Source: Synechocystis sp. PCC 6803 substr. PCC-P (lineage in GTDB: Bacteria > Cyanobacteriota > Cyanobacteriia > Cyanobacteriales > Microcystaceae). From it: 32,000 nucleotides of DNA. The DNA lies in NCBI RefSeq assembly GCF_000284455.1, contig NC_017039.1:2310001-2342000 (forward strand), written 5' to 3'. Shown here one piece after another: positions 28,148-32,000 of the stretch (position 1 is the stretch's first letter; each line of letters opens with the position of its first letter). The notes under the pieces are model-generated. The model worked only from the letters and a program-made list of their open reading frames with translations. It searched no databases and had not been told where the DNA came from. The translations under genes and the position numbers were made by a program.

Positions 28148-31100
28148 ATGGACAAGGGAGGAAAGACCTATAATTTGGCCATGATCCCCGGGGATGTTGT
28201 GACTCCGGGGACGCCTTTTTTCGCTCAGATGCCTTGGATGAACATTTGGTCTCGTTTCAAGTTTCCCCCGATGCCATGGTGGGTTGCTAAACAAAGAAGC
28301 TTGGGGGGATTATCCCTGACTCCTAGTTTGTGGGAATTGGAACGGGACAACCAAGAACGTAAACCCACCGCCACTAATTTGGAGCATCGACAACAGCGGG
28401 AAATTGACCAACTCAAACGGCAGTTACTGGAAGCGGAACAAGCGAAGGAAAAATTAGCCCGGGAATTAGCCCAACATCAGAATTCGCCGTCCCAACCCCC
28501 GCCTCCCGTTTCCGGTTTGCAAACGGCTTTAGCTCGCCTGGGACAGTGGGGCATTCTCAGCCGCGATTTATATGGATTTTTTGATCAAGCTACGGAATTG
28601 ATCCGCACTGCCTTGGGGGTAGATTACTGTGGCCTTTGGGAACTTTTGCCCAATCGCTCTGCCCTGGTCCTTTGCGCTGGGGATGGTTGGGACAAGGCCT
28701 TGGTGGGCAACTATACCATTGATGCCACCAATCGTTCCTATGCCGGCTATACCATTCAACATAATGGCGATCGCCGGATGGAAGATTATGAACCTATTGT
28801 TGAACTAGATTTGAGGATAAGTACTAAGTTTCGGGCTTCCCCTTTACTGCATAACCTTGGTATTGTCAGCGGCATAAATTTAATGGTAGCGGGGCCCCGC
28901 ACCGCATTCGGAGTTTTGGGGGTTTATAGCCTCACTGCCCGTAAATTTACCGAAGAAGAAATTGAATTTCTCAAGGTAGCTAGCCATATCCTTGCCGCGG
29001 CCATTGATCGCCAGGAATACGAAGAGAGATTATTACTGTTACAACAGGCGATCGATGCCAGCTCCAACGGCATTTTGATCACCGATGCCCTGGGCTCAGA
29101 CAATGCGGTAGTCTATGCTAACCAAGGTTTTGAAACTATTACCGGTTTTAATCGGGAGGAAGTGATTGGGCAAAACTGTCGTTTTCTACTCAATGAAGAC
29201 CGCCAAGGGGAACAAAATAAACAATTAGAAAAACTCCGCACGGCGATCGCCCACGGCCAGGAGTGTGAAGTAGTTTTGAAAAACTATCGCAAGGATGGCG
29301 CATCTTTTTGGAATCATTTATACCTTTCCCCCATCTATAACCAGCAAAATTTCCTGGTTAATTTCATCGGTATTCAAACCGATGTTACCCAACAAAAATT
29401 AGCAGAGCAACAGCTACGGGCCAGTGAAGAATTCTTCAGTAGCATGATTGTCACCATCACCGATGGGCTATTAATTGTTGATCAAGAAGGCATTATCCAA
29501 TTTGTCAACCCCGCCGCCAGGGAGATGTTCAAACGACAGGAAGGCGAACTGCTCCAGCAACCCTTTGGTATTCCTTTTGTGGCGGATCAAGCAACGGAAA
29601 TTACCCTTACCCCCCTCGATGGCAGCATGGTGGTGGCGGAAATGCGGGTGTCTCCCATTCATTGGCAAAAGGGTAAAGCCTTTTTGGTTTCCCTGCGGGA
29701 CATTACAGAACAGCACCAAGCCCGTCTAGCCCTGGCAGAAAGTGAGAAAAAATATCGTTATATAGTCGAGCTGACTTCTGAAGGCATTTGGATTTTGGAC
29801 CAAGACCAACAAACTACCTTTGCCAACCAGCAATTGGCAGATATGTTGGGTTATTCGGTGCAGGAAATTTTAGAGAAAAACATTACTGCTTTTGTCCTTG
29901 TCATTCACCATTTACCAGAGTCCCAAAATAGTCACCAAAAGACTTTGCAATCTTTCCCTCGCTGTGTGTTACCCAACCATGGTCAGGTTTACGATGTCCA
30001 GTTCCAACGGCGAGATGGCAGTGTGCTCTGGGGTTTGGTGTCCCGCAGTGCTTGGTATGACCAATGGGGCAATTATCGGGGGGAACTGGCCATGCTAACG
30101 GACATCACCAAACGGAAATCCGCTGAGCAGGCCCTGTCCGCTAGTGAGCAACGCTTGGAGGGAATTTTGGGCTCCATTCAGGATGTGGTTTGGTCCGCCG
30201 ATGCGGTCAGTTTTGCCACCCTTTATCTCAATCCCACCACGGCCATGGTCTATGGTCAATCCCTAGAAGTCTGTTACCAGAGCCAAAATTTTTGGTTTGA
30301 ACAGGTCCACCCTGGCGATCGCCTTTTGCTGGAATATCACTTGCAATTGTTGATGGAAAAGGACCAGACGGAGTTGGAGTATCGCATTGTCCAACCGGGG
30401 GGCAAGGAGCGATGGCTATTTCGCCGTAGTCAATTAGTGCGGGATGGCGAGCATCAACCCCTACGCATTGACAGCATTGACAGTGACATCACCGAGCGCA
30501 AATTGGCGGCGGAAAAACTCCACTACAACGCCAACCACGATTCCCTGACGAATTTGCCCAATCGATCAATGTTTCTCGATCGCCTGGGCCATGCTCTGCA
30601 AAGAAATTTGCGTCGTCGGGATTTAAGATTTGCGGTGCTATTTCTGGATTTAGACGGCTTTAAAATTATCAACGATAGTTTGGGGCACAGTTGTGGGGAT
30701 TTACTGCTCCAGGGCATTGCCCATCGTCTGCGCCAATGTTTGCGGCCAGAAGATACGTTAGCGCGTTTGGGGGGGGATGAATTCACCATGTTGATTGAAA
30801 ACATCACCTGTCCCGAAGACGTGATCGCCGTGGCCCAAAGAATTCACCAGGAACTGCAAAAACCGTTTAACTTGAACGGCCAGGAAATTTTCACCAACAC
30901 CAGCATTGGCATTGCCCTTAACCATCCCCACTATGGCCATCCCCAGGATGTTTTGCGGGATGCAGACACCGCCATGTATCGAGCTAAGGCCGCAGGTAAG
31001 GGCCGCTACGCTATTTTCAACCAGACCATGCACCACCATGCTGTGCAGAGGCTCCAGCGGGAAAATGACCTACGGCGAGCCATCGATCGCCAGGAATTGC

Positions 31101-31882
31101 AGTTACATTATCAACCGATTGTCTGTCTCAAGACTGGACAGTTACAGGGGGTTGAGGCCTTAGTGCGCTGGCAACATCCCGAAGAGGGTCTGATCCTACC
31201 CGAAGAATTTGTGGCGATCGCCGAGGAAACGGGCTTAATTGTGCCCATGGGGGATTGGATTCTCTGGGAAGCAAGCCGACAAATACTAGAACTTAAACAA
31301 AGTTTTCCCCAATTGTCCCATCTTCAAGTCAGTATTAACGTTTCCAGTCGGCAATTACGGGACCAACGGCTACTAAAAACAGTGGATGAAATTCTGTCCA
31401 GCACGAACCTGGCCCCCCAGGACCTCAAATTAGAAATTACCGAGAGTTTATTGATCGATAATTTGAACTTGGCCGCTGATGTACTGAAAAGTTTAAGGCA
31501 AAGAAATATCCAAATTTCCCTCGACGATTTTGGCACGGGCTATTCCTCCCTCAGCTACCTGCACCGCTTTCCCATTAACACCATTAAAGTGGACCGCTCC
31601 TTTGTGAACACCATGGAGCCCAACAACCAAAACACTGCCATTGTCCACACCATTGTGACCCTGGCCCACACCCTCGGATTAGACGTGATTGCCGAGGGCA
31701 TTGAAACGGAACGGCATCTAACCCAACTCCATTGGCTGGGGTGCGATGCAGGGCAAGGATATTATTTCGCCCGGCCTATTCCCTCAGAGGATTTGCTAGA
31801 TTTTTTAACCATCCAAATACCCCGTTGGTCTGTGCCCGCTGTGACAGAATGCCATGGGGATAGGAAAGAGCCATTTTCCTGA
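28148..31882 (+). CDS. Multidomain c-di-GMP signalling protein: coiled coil, GAF, LOV-type PAS, two further PAS domains, GGDEF and EAL
   Basis: The LOV signature is GQNCRFL, with the Cys codon at 29177..29179. RLGGDEF lies at about 30770..30784. EAL is read from QGVEALVRW (31154..31162), with the downstream motif DDFGTGYSS. 1244 aa. Confidence 0.9.
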   Translation: MDKGGKTYNLAMIPGDVVTPGTPFFAQMPWMNIWSRFKFPPMPWWVAKQRSLGGLSLTPSLWELERDNQERKPTATNLEHRQQREIDQLKRQLLEAEQAKEKLARELAQHQNSPSQPPPPVSGLQTALARLGQWGILSRDLYGFFDQATELIRTALGVDYCGLWELLPNRSALVLCAGDGWDKALVGNYTIDATNRSYAGYTIQHNGDRRMEDYEPIVELDLRISTKFRASPLLHNLGIVSGINLMVAGPRTAFGVLGVYSLTARKFTEEEIEFLKVASHILAAAIDRQEYEERLLLLQQAIDASSNGILITDALGSDNAVVYANQGFETITGFNREEVIGQNCRFLLNEDRQGEQNKQLEKLRTAIAHGQECEVVLKNYRKDGASFWNHLYLSPIYNQQNFLVNFIGIQTDVTQQKLAEQQLRASEEFFSSMIVTITDGLLIVDQEGIIQFVNPAAREMFKRQEGELLQQPFGIPFVADQATEITLTPLDGSMVVAEMRVSPIHWQKGKAFLVSLRDITEQHQARLALAESEKKYRYIVELTSEGIWILDQDQQTTFANQQLADMLGYSVQEILEKNITAFVLVIHHLPESQNSHQKTLQSFPRCVLPNHGQVYDVQFQRRDGSVLWGLVSRSAWYDQWGNYRGELAMLTDITKRKSAEQALSASEQRLEGILGSIQDVVWSADAVSFATLYLNPTTAMVYGQSLEVCYQSQNFWFEQVHPGDRLLLEYHLQLLMEKDQTELEYRIVQPGGKERWLFRRSQLVRDGEHQPLRIDSIDSDITERKLAAEKLHYNANHDSLTNLPNRSMFLDRLGHALQRNLRRRDLRFAVLFLDLDGFKIINDSLGHSCGDLLLQGIAHRLRQCLRPEDTLARLGGDEFTMLIENITCPEDVIAVAQRIHQELQKPFNLNGQEIFTNTSIGIALNHPHYGHPQDVLRDADTAMYRAKAAGKGRYAIFNQTMHHHAVQRLQRENDLRRAIDRQELQLHYQPIVCLKTGQLQGVEALVRWQHPEEGLILPEEFVAIAEETGLIVPMGDWILWEASRQILELKQSFPQLSHLQVSINVSSRQLRDQRLLKTVDEILSSTNLAPQDLKLEITESLLIDNLNLAADVLKSLRQRNIQISLDDFGTGYSSLSYLHRFPINTIKVDRSFVNTMEPNNQNTAIVHTIVTLAHTLGLDVIAEGIETERHLTQLHWLGCDAGQGYYFARPIPSEDLLDFLTIQIPRWSVPAVTECHGDRKEPFS

Positions 31883-32000
31883 AAATAGTGACAAAATAAC
31901 GATTTTTTACCGGGGATGAAGTAGCCTTTGTATGTCGGCGACCAGTCGGCTCAGCTTTCCATTTTCTACATAGGTCTATGAGTGCTACGGCGATCGCCCC

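Noticed and set aside
31979-32000. ATGAGTGCTACGGCGATCGCCCC at the right edge as the start of another gene
   Set aside because: Only 7 codons are visible, so neither a product nor even coding status can be supported.

Overview
The window looks like cyanobacterial chromosome, very probably Synechocystis sp. PCC 6803 or a close relative. This assignment rests on my recollection of the gene order and on about two dozen copies of the HIP1 octamer GCGATCGC; no search was run.

Gene order, left to right:
- gcvT (5' part, minus strand)
- dnaK2 and the J-domain division gene zipN/ftn2
- two small hypothetical genes
- a fused cobA-hemD gene
- a 1693-aa P-loop STAND NTPase carrying 16 WD40 repeats
- a coiled-coil protein
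- an AT-rich, HIP1-free patch in which a dynamin-family GTPase gene is interrupted by an IS4-type element (ISY203-like, 1174 bp) and an IS5-type element (ISY523-like, 871 bp)
- recO, a small ORF, a 158-bp IS5 remnant and a cytochrome-b561-like membrane protein
- glgB, an MBL-fold protein, a hypothetical protein and an orphan PD-(D/E)xK nuclease-like protein
- pyrE, a yvcK/cofD-like gene and leuA
- a GAF-LOV-PAS-PAS-GGDEF-EAL signalling protein

I saw no rRNA, tRNA or CRISPR array.

The best candidates for uncharacterised biology are:
1. The giant NLR-like STAND-WD40 protein, which has an unassigned N-terminal alpha/beta domain.
2. The IS-shattered, compositionally mosaic dynamin-like GTPase locus, which sits divergent to a PspA-like coiled-coil gene.
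3. The stand-alone PD-(D/E)xK protein.

All functional calls come from reading motifs by eye. No database search was possible.
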